A DNA stretch of 64,000 nucleotides from a virus. Lineage: Duplodnaviria; Caudoviricetes. The position numbers and the translations under genes are program-made. The notes beneath the pieces are model-generated. The model did no database searches. It saw nothing but the letters and a program-made list of their open reading frames with translations, and was not told where the DNA came from. Of this stretch, positions 51,142 through 60,849 are shown one piece after another (positions within the stretch are counted from its first letter, which is position 1; each line of letters begins with the position of its first letter). The stretch lies in IMG/VR virus record IMGVR_UViG_3300031088_000758. One strand, given 5' to 3'.

Positions 51142-51747
51142 TTATACAATATTTTTTACACAACTAAGATAATACCTATACTCTAAAACAGAATCTTGAG
51201 CATCCAACAAAGCTCTATGTGCTTTTTGTTTTTTATAAGGACCCACTAACGTATTAGACTGCAAAGCAATAGAAAGTGAAGTAACGTCAATTGAACGGTG
51301 AGATATTTTTCTATAAAAATTAGGTAAGTTCAATCTTACAAAATTTCTGTCCAAAGTTATTGAGTTGCCACCAAAATATAGAACAGTTTCAGTATCAACA
51401 TGTGTTTCCAGCCATTCAATAATGCTACACTCAATTTGATGCACATCAAAAGTCTTTTTATTCCAGAGGTCAAACCAAAGACCAGATTTTTCATGAATAT
51501 TTATTACATTTTGAGATGTTTTGGATAGAACTTCTGGTAAATTGCTTAAAGTAACTAATGATTCAAAATTGTTTCCGATGTTTCTGCCGGACAGGTCTGT
51601 AATACAAGCACCTATTTCTAATAATTCATCTGTCTCAGGAGACTCTCCCGAGGTTTCAACATCAATCCAAATTATAGCTTCAGCTAATTCTGTTTTAGTG
51701 TTAAAAGTGTCAGGATATTCAGACGCAATAGTAGTGTAATTCAACAT
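51142..51747 (-). CDS. orn: Oligoribonuclease-like DEDDh exonuclease
   Basis: IWIDVETSG..HEKSGL..GNSITLDRNF..HRSIDVTS..HRALLD. Confidence 0.85.
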   Translation of the reverse strand: MLNYTTIASEYPDTFNTKTELAEAIIWIDVETSGESPETDELLEIGACITDLSGRNIGNNFESLVTLSNLPEVLSKTSQNVINIHEKSGLWFDLWNKKTFDVHQIECSIIEWLETHVDTETVLYFGGNSITLDRNFVRLNLPNFYRKISHRSIDVTSLSIALQSNTLVGPYKKQKAHRALLDAQDSVLEYRYYLSCVKNIV

Positions 51748-51801
51748 AACGCCTTTCTTTCCGTCTGCTTCTTGAATAGTGTCTTATTATTGTATTATGA
51801 T

Positions 51802-52089
51802 TTAGTTTTCATCATCGTATTCTTCTGATGACTTTAGTTCTTCTATAAAAAATCTCATTTCTTCAGCTGAGTAACCTTCTTTGTCCCCTAAAATTATAAG
51901 ATTGATAACAGTTAAATCAGAAAACTCGTCAGAATTAGCTCCATTTTGAACTTCAATAACAGTTTTCTTTAAAGCTTTCATAAAAAGCACACCTAAATCT
52001 TCTCTGTCATCAGTTTTTTGAGAGATTAAAGCAGATTTAGTCAAAATAACATTAATTAAATCATGGAAAGAATCAGAAGACATTACCAA
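51802..52089 (-). CDS. Hypothetical protein
   Basis: Co-oriented ORF with GAGG RBS. Confidence 0.55.
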   Translation of the reverse strand: MVMSSDSFHDLINVILTKSALISQKTDDREDLGVLFMKALKKTVIEVQNGANSDEFSDLTVINLIILGDKEGYSAEEMRFFIEELKSSEEYDDEN

Positions 52090-52174
52090 ACCTCAAATTT
52101 CTTTGAATAAATAAAATACATTATCTATATCAATTAAACATTGTAATAACAATTAAAAATCTTTTCAATGGTTA

Positions 52175-53368
52175 TTACGCCACTCTTCTTGCTTTTATGT
52201 CATTAAACCAAGGTTCTACTGTTTTAGTAATATACTCTTCCATATTGACACCAGAGCCAGGAACTACCTCATCATCTTTGTGTAGTCTATATTCAAAAAC
52301 TTCGTTATCATTAATTAATGCTCTTACATCTGCGTATTCAAGACCTGTTGTGTTTAAATAATACAAAGTTTGCGCTCTGTAGTTATTCGGCACACCATTT
52401 TTCCAAATATCCGAATTGCTCCCAGTTTTAATTTCTAATATTCCGTTGGGGACTCCATCTTCTCTATCTGAAATTAGACCATCAAAATTAACTTGTTGCC
52501 ACTCGCGTTCAGGGTGAGAAAATTGCCCTTCCACAGAGTACACTTTTCTTTCGGGGTGCTCTTCAGCGTAGTTCTCTCTGATTCTATCTTCCCATACAGT
52601 CCCTCTATAAAGAGCTCCTTTACGCTGTGCAAATTTAAGATCGTTTTCTTTTTTGAAATCTTCATCTGTGAATGCATTAGTCTTTGTTTTAACTATTTTA
52701 GAATACCCAGCTTTTGTGTAACCAGCTGGTTCTTCTTCGAAATGTATAGAAGCCAAAGTTCCAACATCCGATCCACCAATTGTGTTGTATCTTGCTTCAT
52801 ACCATTCTCTTGAATGAGCAGGGTGTGATTCAGAATTTACAGCAATCCCTATGTTCTTTTCGGTCCAAGAATCTACTTTTGAGTTTAAAAATCTACTATC
52901 ATTAGTTGCTTCTACTAGCTCAGCAGTTAGATTTCGATAATCGTCATAATCTCTTTTATGAGACTTAACTGTTTTAGGGTCTATGAGCTTTCTTTCTTCA
53001 ACTCTTTTAATTGCTTCATTTCTTTGTCTCGTCTTTAAAATTCTATCTTCAATTATTTTATTAACTTGCTTATAGTTAGCAGCACTTTCATTAACAAAAT
53101 CTACTATCTCACTAACACTCTTTTTCTCAAGCTCTTTAATAAATGAATTTCTCACAGAAGTCTTTTTATTTCTAGCAACTTTTGTTGTTGTCAAAGTTCC
53201 ATACTTTTCTGATAATTGATCTTGCAAAGAGTTTTCTGCTTCTTCCTTGGTTTCATAGTGTGCTACTGTATCCCCTGAGATAATAGAAAACTTACAATTC
53301 TCTGGAGTCTGTGCCGAACAGGCACCTATCTTGCCTGTATCAGGATTAATATGAAACTTAACAGCCAT
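52175..53368 (-). CDS. YqaJ/lambda-exonuclease-family nuclease with N-terminal His/Cys module
   Basis: WYEARYNTIGGSDV..GTVWE..NFDG..ILEIKT..YRAQTLYY. Confidence 0.85.
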   Translation of the reverse strand: MAVKFHINPDTGKIGACSAQTPENCKFSIISGDTVAHYETKEEAENSLQDQLSEKYGTLTTTKVARNKKTSVRNSFIKELEKKSVSEIVDFVNESAANYKQVNKIIEDRILKTRQRNEAIKRVEERKLIDPKTVKSHKRDYDDYRNLTAELVEATNDSRFLNSKVDSWTEKNIGIAVNSESHPAHSREWYEARYNTIGGSDVGTLASIHFEEEPAGYTKAGYSKIVKTKTNAFTDEDFKKENDLKFAQRKGALYRGTVWEDRIRENYAEEHPERKVYSVEGQFSHPEREWQQVNFDGLISDREDGVPNGILEIKTGSNSDIWKNGVPNNYRAQTLYYLNTTGLEYADVRALINDNEVFEYRLHKDDEVVPGSGVNMEEYITKTVEPWFNDIKARRVA

Positions 53369-53468
53369 TAGATTACCAACCTTATCATGTTCTAAAATAC
53401 TTATAGTCGCTTTTCTAAAACATTTTATTGAATAAATTGATTTACTAAAAAATATTTTTGATACAATA

Positions 53469-53517
53469 AAATAGAAAATACCCCAACAAGTTTTAAATGT
53501 TGGGGTATTTTCTATTT
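53469..53517 (-). terminator. 20-bp inverted repeat terminator after WYL gene
   Basis: AAATAGAAAATACCCCAACA / TGTTGGGGTATTTTCTATTT. Confidence 0.75.
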
Positions 53518-53524
53518 AAGAACG

Positions 53525-53737
53525 TCAAAGAATTTCAATCTCTTCCATGCTGTCATAGGCAAACCTTCGATAGTCATCCTTATCCAAGTCAATCGCAACT
53601 AAAACATTTCCAGAAATAACTTCCACTGGACGAACATGTCGCTTTGAAACTTTGTTCTTATTCAGATTTGAATATGTAAAAACCAAATCCGAATTGTTTT
53701 GAATAGCAGCTTCAACTACTTTTTGAACATTCTTCAT
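53525..53737 (-). CDS. Stand-alone WYL-domain protein
   Basis: AIQNNSDLVFTY..SKRHVRPVEV..LVAIDLDKDDYRRFAYDSM. Confidence 0.75.
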   Translation of the reverse strand: MKNVQKVVEAAIQNNSDLVFTYSNLNKNKVSKRHVRPVEVISGNVLVAIDLDKDDYRRFAYDSMEEIEIL

Positions 53738-53738
53738 A

Positions 53739-56333
53739 TCATTTCACCTTATCTTCTTCTAAAAATTCGCCTACAATTTCGTCAATTCTTTTGCCCAAAG
53801 CTTCTTTAAGGTAATCCTGCTTAGAAAGTAAAAATGCTTTTACCATTGACCTAAGTTCATGAATCTCCTTGCTATCTCCGTATCGTGAATAACCCGGATC
53901 TTTAATAGCATGAATCAATTCAAGCTTCTTAGAAAACTCGTTTTGAACTTCCACAGAGAGACTTGAAAAGACACGAGAAGGATTAACTAGCTCTGTAGTT
54001 GTAGTATACTCCATACTCAATACATTTGTCAAGACACTAGAAATTTGATCCATATTTCTAGAACCTGCAGGAACGTTGCTAGAAATATTATCCATAACTT
54101 TTAGCAATCCTTCAACAGGATTATCATTGTTATTATTTTTGATAAATGAATTAACGTATTTTTCGTAATGTGTCTGATGAACATTATTCAAATAATAAAT
54201 AGCTAAACGTTCTTCCTCTGGAATCCTTGAGATTTTATCTTGAACAATATCCCGACTAAACACTCTTCCTTCAAGCCTGCTCTGAGCAGATTTGCTACGA
54301 GCAGTGTATTTAGGCCCAAAAGCATACAACGTATTATCCGTCACATAGTCAAAGAAATCTTTTTTAGGATCCGCAACAACAACAATGGACCTGCCAAACA
54401 AAGAATCGCCTTCTTCATGGTATACACCATTAATAATAGAGGGAATTTCGTATAAGGCCCTTCCCTGAACAGGAATGAACAAAGCATTCTGCTCAACATA
54501 TTCATCTACTTCTATGGCTGAATATGTATTAGCATAGCCACCATCAAGAGAATAAAGCTCATCTAAACTATTTACTGCTTCTATCACTTTTCCAGCAACA
54601 GTGAACGACTCAGATCCACTCTCACTTAGTGAATTTTCGGCAATCTTTGATTTCCTGACTTCTTTAACATGATCACTGAAAGTTTCAAAATCATAAAACT
54701 TAACAGTATTCAAATCAGTAAGTCTAAAATCAATAACCTTTTGTAAATCACTGCTTATAGTATCCTTAACGAAAATAATAGATGAAACCGAGTCTAAATT
54801 GTTTCTATTCCTCATAGCACTAGACACTTTTTTATCATTATCTACGCCGCTAATCACAACTACATTGCTGAGACGATACTTCATGAGATCTTTCTTAAGC
54901 TTTTCAATACTTGACAAGAAATGAATACTCTCCGAAGAAGAATTGTGTAACTGTTTCTCTAATTTCTCATTAGCAGATGAAATTTTTAGATTTGAATGAA
55001 CAGTGAGTTTGTCATTAGCTTTTGAATCCTCATTAAGACCTAACAAGTCGAACTTTTTGCGATCATAAGTCAAAGGAAGCACAGCTCCTAAAAGAATGCC
55101 TTCTGATTTGAAGCTGACATTTTCCATGAAAGGATTATAGCTATTTTCTGTATTTAAATCTTTCAAATCTACTGAATAACTAAACTCTTGAAAACGGTTG
55201 TTAGGGAACTCAAAAGACACCTTATTATCAACCAAGTTGTAGTTAATTTTCTCGCTGAATTCATATGCTTCATAATTATTGGTTAAAGTTTTATAATACT
55301 GAACAAGATTTTTGAACATGTAATCACTCTTGAACAGTTGACCTTTAACAAGAGAGTCAAAATTCTCTAATCTATCATCTTTCATGATCTGATCACGTGA
55401 AGAGGAAAACTCAACAATACCTGGTTTTAGCTCTACAATCAAATCATGTTCTTCAGATCCATATGAATTATAAGAATTGAAACCTTTAGGGTCATTATAC
55501 AAAAACCCAGAAAGCACATATCCTACTTTTAGTTCAGCTTTTTGATAATCATAACTACTGATAGCTTTCAAAACATTGGAAAGATTTTTCTTATTGAACC
55601 ACACTTGTCCCATGATATTGAACTCTTGTTCAATAAGAATTTCATCAAAACTGACAAAATCATCATTATGCGAATATTCTACTTCATCAATAATGATTGG
55701 CTCATCCATGGTAAAAGCGTATGCTTTGTACATGTCAATAGTTTCTTTGAACCTATCAAAATCATATTGAGTGTTGCGCACAGGAACTTTCACTAATGTC
55801 CCTGGCTGTTTGTTAGTCAGTTCTACATTCAAAATATTAGTCTCAGGTCCAGTGTCAAGACGCGAAATAACGTTTTCTGAGGTTTCACCATCACGTGTAC
55901 TTGTGAAGTAGAATTCGTTGCAATAAGCCAGAGGAGCTTTAAAACCAAGTCCATAAGCACCAACTTGATTAAAAGAGGTTTCTTTAGTAGAAGCACCATA
56001 TTCAGCAACAACTTCTTTAATGATCTTCTTAGACATTCCCATCCCATTATCCTCAACAGAGAACACAGGGTCAAAAGCATTAGGAGTGCTAATTTTAACA
56101 GGCTGAGGGTTTTTACCATTAGCCCGCGCTTCAGCAGTAGTATCCAAAGCGTTTGAAACAATTTCCCTCACAGTTGCTTGGATAGGATCATTATAAAGAT
56201 CTGTCAGACGATCCATAATTTTGCCAACAGCTGAAGCATTCAAGCTCATTACGATTCGCTCACTTTTGCTAACATCAGGGAACAAGTCTACAACATTAGA
56301 CTTACCTTTATTTCCACCTTTTGAAAGAGCCAT
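53739..56333 (-). CDS. rIIA-like GHKL (HSP90-type) ATPase
   Basis: LYNDPIQATVREIVSNALD..EDNGMGMS..YGASTK..GAYGLGFKAPLAY is the rIIA-type N-terminal signature. Confidence 0.8.
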   Translation of the reverse strand: MALSKGGNKGKSNVVDLFPDVSKSERIVMSLNASAVGKIMDRLTDLYNDPIQATVREIVSNALDTTAEARANGKNPQPVKISTPNAFDPVFSVEDNGMGMSKKIIKEVVAEYGASTKETSFNQVGAYGLGFKAPLAYCNEFYFTSTRDGETSENVISRLDTGPETNILNVELTNKQPGTLVKVPVRNTQYDFDRFKETIDMYKAYAFTMDEPIIIDEVEYSHNDDFVSFDEILIEQEFNIMGQVWFNKKNLSNVLKAISSYDYQKAELKVGYVLSGFLYNDPKGFNSYNSYGSEEHDLIVELKPGIVEFSSSRDQIMKDDRLENFDSLVKGQLFKSDYMFKNLVQYYKTLTNNYEAYEFSEKINYNLVDNKVSFEFPNNRFQEFSYSVDLKDLNTENSYNPFMENVSFKSEGILLGAVLPLTYDRKKFDLLGLNEDSKANDKLTVHSNLKISSANEKLEKQLHNSSSESIHFLSSIEKLKKDLMKYRLSNVVVISGVDNDKKVSSAMRNRNNLDSVSSIIFVKDTISSDLQKVIDFRLTDLNTVKFYDFETFSDHVKEVRKSKIAENSLSESGSESFTVAGKVIEAVNSLDELYSLDGGYANTYSAIEVDEYVEQNALFIPVQGRALYEIPSIINGVYHEEGDSLFGRSIVVVADPKKDFFDYVTDNTLYAFGPKYTARSKSAQSRLEGRVFSRDIVQDKISRIPEEERLAIYYLNNVHQTHYEKYVNSFIKNNNNDNPVEGLLKVMDNISSNVPAGSRNMDQISSVLTNVLSMEYTTTTELVNPSRVFSSLSVEVQNEFSKKLELIHAIKDPGYSRYGDSKEIHELRSMVKAFLLSKQDYLKEALGKRIDEIVGEFLEEDKVK

Positions 56334-56375
56334 ACTACTAACCTCACTTAACTATACTGAAATGTTCTAAAATAC

Positions 56376-56405
56376 AGTATAACATGAGATTATAATCAAA
56401 GTCAA
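56376..56405 (-). promoter_or_regulatory. Housekeeping-sigma-type promoter of the rIIA-like/WYL operon
   Basis: Minus strand TTGACT-18 nt-TATACT with extended TGn. Confidence 0.65.
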
Positions 56406-56431
56406 GCCTTTAATCCAATAATACGAAGTGT

Positions 56432-58513
56432 TTAAGAAGAATTATTCAACACCCATTCAGAATTAAAGCTCTCTTCGTTATCAACCGAATCGTTATCCTC
56501 AATTAAATCAAAAAGCATATCAAAACCGTCCTCTTTAAGGGAATTTTGGTTCTTTTTGTATGTAGGCTCAACAATCTCTCCAGTTAAAGTGTTGATTTCA
56601 GAACCATCTTCTTCATAAATATAAGTAGGTTCATCTTTGTCAAAATTCGAGTCAGTGTGAGTAGAAGAATCAGTTGATTCCTTGTTTTTATTGTAACCTA
56701 AAGCTTCCCTTTCAGAGACAAGATATCTTTCAGCAGCACCAGCTCTATAATCTTCTAAAACAAGACTTTCGGGAAGATTATTTGAAATAGTGTCCAACCA
56801 GGAAGTAAAATCAGATAATGGTTCTACTCTTTGATTAGTAAACACAGTCTCGAATTGTTTTTTCACAAAGTTAAAGTATATAGGATGAGGGTAATCGTAA
56901 TATTCTTCACTGTTGTACTTTCCCCAAGCTAATCTCAATGCTTTGCTTAAGAATGTATGAGAATATTTTTCAGGAACAGAATAGGTTGCCGCTAAACCTG
57001 TCCTCTGTTTCTGCTCAATACGAATAACCTCATTTTCTCTGAGTATTCTCATTGCTTGACTCACACGGGAACTACTGATGCCTAATCTTTCAGAGATGTC
57101 AGAATGAGCAAGTAGAATTCTAATGGCACCAACATTTGACAAAGGCTGAATATAGTAATTAACAATGTTCATCGCATCTTTATACTGTTGAGACAGCTTT
57201 TTCTTCCTGGACTCCTTGATAAGATCTTCACTAATTTTTGAAATATCCAATACTCTTGGTTTGGCGAATTTTGAGTTATTAGCTCTTTGTATTTTCTTTT
57301 TCTCTGCTAGCTTTTTTTTGTTGTATTCACGATAGTCCTCAGAAGTGAAAGAAGACTTCTGAAATTCTTCTTTTCCGTTAGCAAGTTTCTGTTGCTTTAA
57401 GTCTTTGAGCCTCTTTTTACCTTCGTAGCAGTAGTTATTGTGATATCTTTTCAATAATTTAAAATGATTTATATCGTTGATTAAATGACGAAAACCTAAT
57501 GATTCTTTTCGGTAAGAATCTTTATCTACACCTAATTCAATACAAGCCATAGCAATAGAGTAATTATCATAACAGCAGTGGAGAGAAGCCTTGATAACAG
57601 CCCTAGCTTGATGGAAAGTATCTATGTCTTTATTAGCTAGATTCTTTCTTAAGGAATTTATAATGTCAGGAGATGGAATAGCATGAATAAGATCAACAGT
57701 TTCATTTTCTCCAACTGTCATTTCATTCAGTATTTCTTTTTCAACAAAAGAAGAATCATATGAGAGGGGTTTTTTCACAGTGTTGATAGCATCTTTAACG
57801 TCGATTTTGTTGGAAGTTTTATTTGTTGATGAATTACGAGAGTCAGACTTAGATTGCTTGTAGAAAGAAACTATACGGTTTAGGTTCTCCATAGAAGAGT
57901 TATCCACTGTAAGTATTTCGTATGATGGATTCTTGAAGCCAAAGGATTCATTAGCAAGGAAATATCTTTTATATTGTGTTTTCTGTTCAGGATTAACAAA
58001 ATTTCCTGGGCCTACAACATATCCATTTGAAAAACCACTTCGTATGTCAGCATCTACTCGGACATCATATCCAGAAGTGTATGTAAAAGCATCGTTATAA
58101 GAGCGTAGAGAGCCTTTGGGTATTAGTTCAGCAATTTGTTCATTGCTGTATTCTGAGGGGAATTTAAGGTAAATATGGACACCACCAGAAGGAGTAATGA
58201 CAGCCAAAGATTCTCTCAGGTTAACCTTAAAAAAATCACTGAAGAAATCGATCTGCTGGTCCAGATCCCAATAACCTTCACGATGTTGATCAAGATCAAG
58301 TATGAACAGTTTATCTTGCGGAATGACTCCATAGCTGTGATCTTTTGGAATTCTTACATATCTGTTTCTCTTGCCAGGCTTGAAGCTTCCTTTGGGGGTT
58401 TTGCTGTTTAGTTTTAGTTTAGCATACTGTGCGCTTTTCCCTAGTGCTTTTTGAAATTTCTTCAGTATCTCTTGCTCAGGAGTGAGGTCAGTGGATGAGT
58501 AGTTCGAAGGCAC
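56432..58513 (-). CDS. Bifunctional primase-polymerase (AEP) domain plus C-terminal wHTH; candidate replication initiator
   Basis: FILDLDQH, ITPSGGVHIYL and DIRSG..GYVVGPG. HTH LAHSDISERLGISSSRVSQAMRIL. Confidence 0.75.
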   Translation of the reverse strand: MPSNYSSTDLTPEQEILKKFQKALGKSAQYAKLKLNSKTPKGSFKPGKRNRYVRIPKDHSYGVIPQDKLFILDLDQHREGYWDLDQQIDFFSDFFKVNLRESLAVITPSGGVHIYLKFPSEYSNEQIAELIPKGSLRSYNDAFTYTSGYDVRVDADIRSGFSNGYVVGPGNFVNPEQKTQYKRYFLANESFGFKNPSYEILTVDNSSMENLNRIVSFYKQSKSDSRNSSTNKTSNKIDVKDAINTVKKPLSYDSSFVEKEILNEMTVGENETVDLIHAIPSPDIINSLRKNLANKDIDTFHQARAVIKASLHCCYDNYSIAMACIELGVDKDSYRKESLGFRHLINDINHFKLLKRYHNNYCYEGKKRLKDLKQQKLANGKEEFQKSSFTSEDYREYNKKKLAEKKKIQRANNSKFAKPRVLDISKISEDLIKESRKKKLSQQYKDAMNIVNYYIQPLSNVGAIRILLAHSDISERLGISSSRVSQAMRILRENEVIRIEQKQRTGLAATYSVPEKYSHTFLSKALRLAWGKYNSEEYYDYPHPIYFNFVKKQFETVFTNQRVEPLSDFTSWLDTISNNLPESLVLEDYRAGAAERYLVSEREALGYNKNKESTDSSTHTDSNFDKDEPTYIYEEDGSEINTLTGEIVEPTYKKNQNSLKEDGFDMLFDLIEDNDSVDNEESFNSEWVLNNSS

Positions 58514-58763
58514 TGTATCCCCCTTTCTGAGTAGTAGCTGATTAGTAGGTTCGAGAGCTTAGTTTATCAATAATTTTTTACATATTAAGTTAGATCACAG
58601 CTTGTGATGAGGACTAGGTTCAAGCCGTCTTGATTCAATATCTTTTCTAAAATGTAAAAAGCTTACCCGACAAGCTTATTTACATACCATGTAAGATTCA
58701 AACCAGACTTTTAGGGCAAAACGGACATTAACCAGTCCATAGCAAGGTGGCTGAGTGTTTAAT

Positions 58764-59594
58764 TTAGTCTTTTGTTAGAGGGGTTTTTTCGACGTAGACA
58801 GTATAAGGTTGAGGGATACTACTTATCAGTTCTCCCTCAACCGGGATGTCTAAAGCTGTTATCTCTTCGTTATCTTTTATAAAATGTGAACCGTAAGTTC
58901 TATACAAAATTTTTTCAGCATAATGGTAAGGCGAGAATTCAGCATTTATAAAGCTTCGGCCTATCTTACTGTTAAGTGTATTGCCACTGTGAATTTGAGA
59001 AAAGGGGAGAGGATGCGGAGCGGTCAACCATGATGGGTAAGTTTCTAGAACAGGATCAGCCCAGATAGGGTTCGCTGAGTAATTTGGTGCCCCTCCTAGC
59101 AAGACAGAAGAGCCTTGGTGAAGAGTTCCAGCATATTTCTCATTAAGCCTTTCAGAGGCCGTTTGAGCGGTTTCAGGAGAGCCTATGGACAACCATTCTC
59201 CATAAGTAAGTCCACCATGTGTCAGTAATCTTCCATTATGAACTTCTGAGGTAAGCATAGTTGGGGTACTACTGAGCCAACTATTCCTGAGCACCTGTCT
59301 GCTTCGCTTGTTTGTCCATTCTTCAGGTAAGTTCAGTGCTGCAATTTCATTTGGGCCTGCTAATTGAATCCAATTTTCTTCAGTAGCACGATACAGTAAA
59401 AGGTATTTCAGTACACTTTCATTAGCTCCAAAGTCTTTCTTGTCCTTGACAAAATCATTACAACCTATGACATTCCCGAATTGAATAATCTTGTCAGCAT
59501 AATTACAGTATTGGGCGAGTTCGTTTTTCCATAATTTGTATTGACCATGTATGCCTGTTAAAAAAACTGTTTTAAAAAAGTTCTGTCGTGCCAT
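58764..59594 (-). CDS. Calcineurin-like metallophosphoesterase fold, degenerate active site
   Basis: Five motifs in order, most altered: TGIHG, FGNVIG, GPNE, THGG, SGNT. Confidence 0.6.
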   Translation of the reverse strand: MARQNFFKTVFLTGIHGQYKLWKNELAQYCNYADKIIQFGNVIGCNDFVKDKKDFGANESVLKYLLLYRATEENWIQLAGPNEIAALNLPEEWTNKRSRQVLRNSWLSSTPTMLTSEVHNGRLLTHGGLTYGEWLSIGSPETAQTASERLNEKYAGTLHQGSSVLLGGAPNYSANPIWADPVLETYPSWLTAPHPLPFSQIHSGNTLNSKIGRSFINAEFSPYHYAEKILYRTYGSHFIKDNEEITALDIPVEGELISSIPQPYTVYVEKTPLTKD

Positions 59595-59640
59595 AAAAAA
59601 TCTTCTTTCTCAACTTTTGTTATAAGCAAATGCGTTGAGT

Positions 59641-60849
59641 TCAGCTGAAGATATTAAGTATGTCTTTTATCGTACCTGAGTTATTCTTTCCGTAAAGGCT
59701 TGTTTTGGACCTTCTTTGGATAAGTTCAGCTTCTTCTTTTGCATCGCGGATTTCTTTTTTCTTGATGAAGTTTGTTACTGCTAGATCAATATCTGTTATG
59801 AGATCAGATGCGTAGCTTGCTTTTTTATGGGCAGTTTTGTCATCATTAGTTCTCATGTAGTTTTTGATATATGAATTTAAGTATCCATAAGCTTCATCTG
59901 CTGAATTTACTGGCTGGTGATGAAACTCGTTATTCACGCGAGTTTCGATATACCATTGTCCTTGATTGTATCGAACACCCCAAGAATTACGAGATTGATT
60001 CGTTTCATTATCGTATACTCTTACATCAATTTCTGGTGTCAAAGCTTGGTAGTATCCATTTTCGTTAAGGAATTGTTCAAAAATTTTGCCTCTAAAAGCA
60101 GAGTGTTGGTAATCAGCATTTACGATCAAAGAAGTAGGGTCGCTTTTAGCAAAGGTTCCATACCCATCTGTTCTAGCCCACAGTTTTTGAGGGCCTTCGG
60201 TTTCTTCTTCCACCATGAAGTAAGCATCAATTAACTGTCGTTTTAAGAATTTAGTTTGTCGCTCGATATCTTCTGAGTTTGTGTTTACAGTAGAATTAGA
60301 TATGACGGACTCACGAATGATATCTTCTGCACGAACAATTTCTCTTTCAAAATCATTGTGTAAATCTAAGTCATGTTTAACGGTTTTTCTAGCATAATTG
60401 TTGTTTGGTAGCTCTGTTTCTAGGAACCATTTGCTAGTAATTACTCCGTCATCGTAATCGGGAACGGGAATCCTTTTGATGAAGATTTTATGAGATGAGT
60501 CATTGTAATACATATTGTTCTGTTTTAACTGAGAATGTAAAGAATAAAATTCAGGTTCTTTTCCTGTTGAATAAAATTCATGATCTACTTTATCAGCAAA
60601 GTCTCTCATAGTTTCTTTTTGATTGATTCCGCTAAAATCGGTGAGAGCAACCATCCTTTTTGTGTCTGGATTAGAGAAAGCTTTCTTAACGTTTTCTCTA
60701 GCAGTTTCAAGGTCAGTTGCGGCTTTTTGCAAGAATAAAGCTGCACTGGCAGCTTCTACGGTACTGTAATCAGTTCTAGGGCAGCCTCTTAACTTGGCAC
60801 GACATTCAACAATGTCTCCATTAACGTCAATATGGTATTTCTTTGCCAT
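59641..60849 (-). CDS. Hypothetical protein with N-terminal His/Cys module
   Basis: MAKKYHIDVNGDIVECRAKLRGCP. AGGAG RBS. Confidence 0.7.
   Translation of the reverse strand: MAKKYHIDVNGDIVECRAKLRGCPRTDYSTVEAASAALFLQKAATDLETARENVKKAFSNPDTKRMVALTDFSGINQKETMRDFADKVDHEFYSTGKEPEFYSLHSQLKQNNMYYNDSSHKIFIKRIPVPDYDDGVITSKWFLETELPNNNYARKTVKHDLDLHNDFEREIVRAEDIIRESVISNSTVNTNSEDIERQTKFLKRQLIDAYFMVEEETEGPQKLWARTDGYGTFAKSDPTSLIVNADYQHSAFRGKIFEQFLNENGYYQALTPEIDVRVYDNETNQSRNSWGVRYNQGQWYIETRVNNEFHHQPVNSADEAYGYLNSYIKNYMRTNDDKTAHKKASYASDLITDIDLAVTNFIKKKEIRDAKEEAELIQRRSKTSLYGKNNSGTIKDILNIFS

Noticed and set aside
53387-53400. LexA/SOS box
   Set aside because: Only a GAAC half-site is present, with no GAAC-N4-GTTC dyad here or at 56362.
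57900-57908. DnaA-box-like TTATCCACT
   Set aside because: A single mismatched copy inside a CDS.
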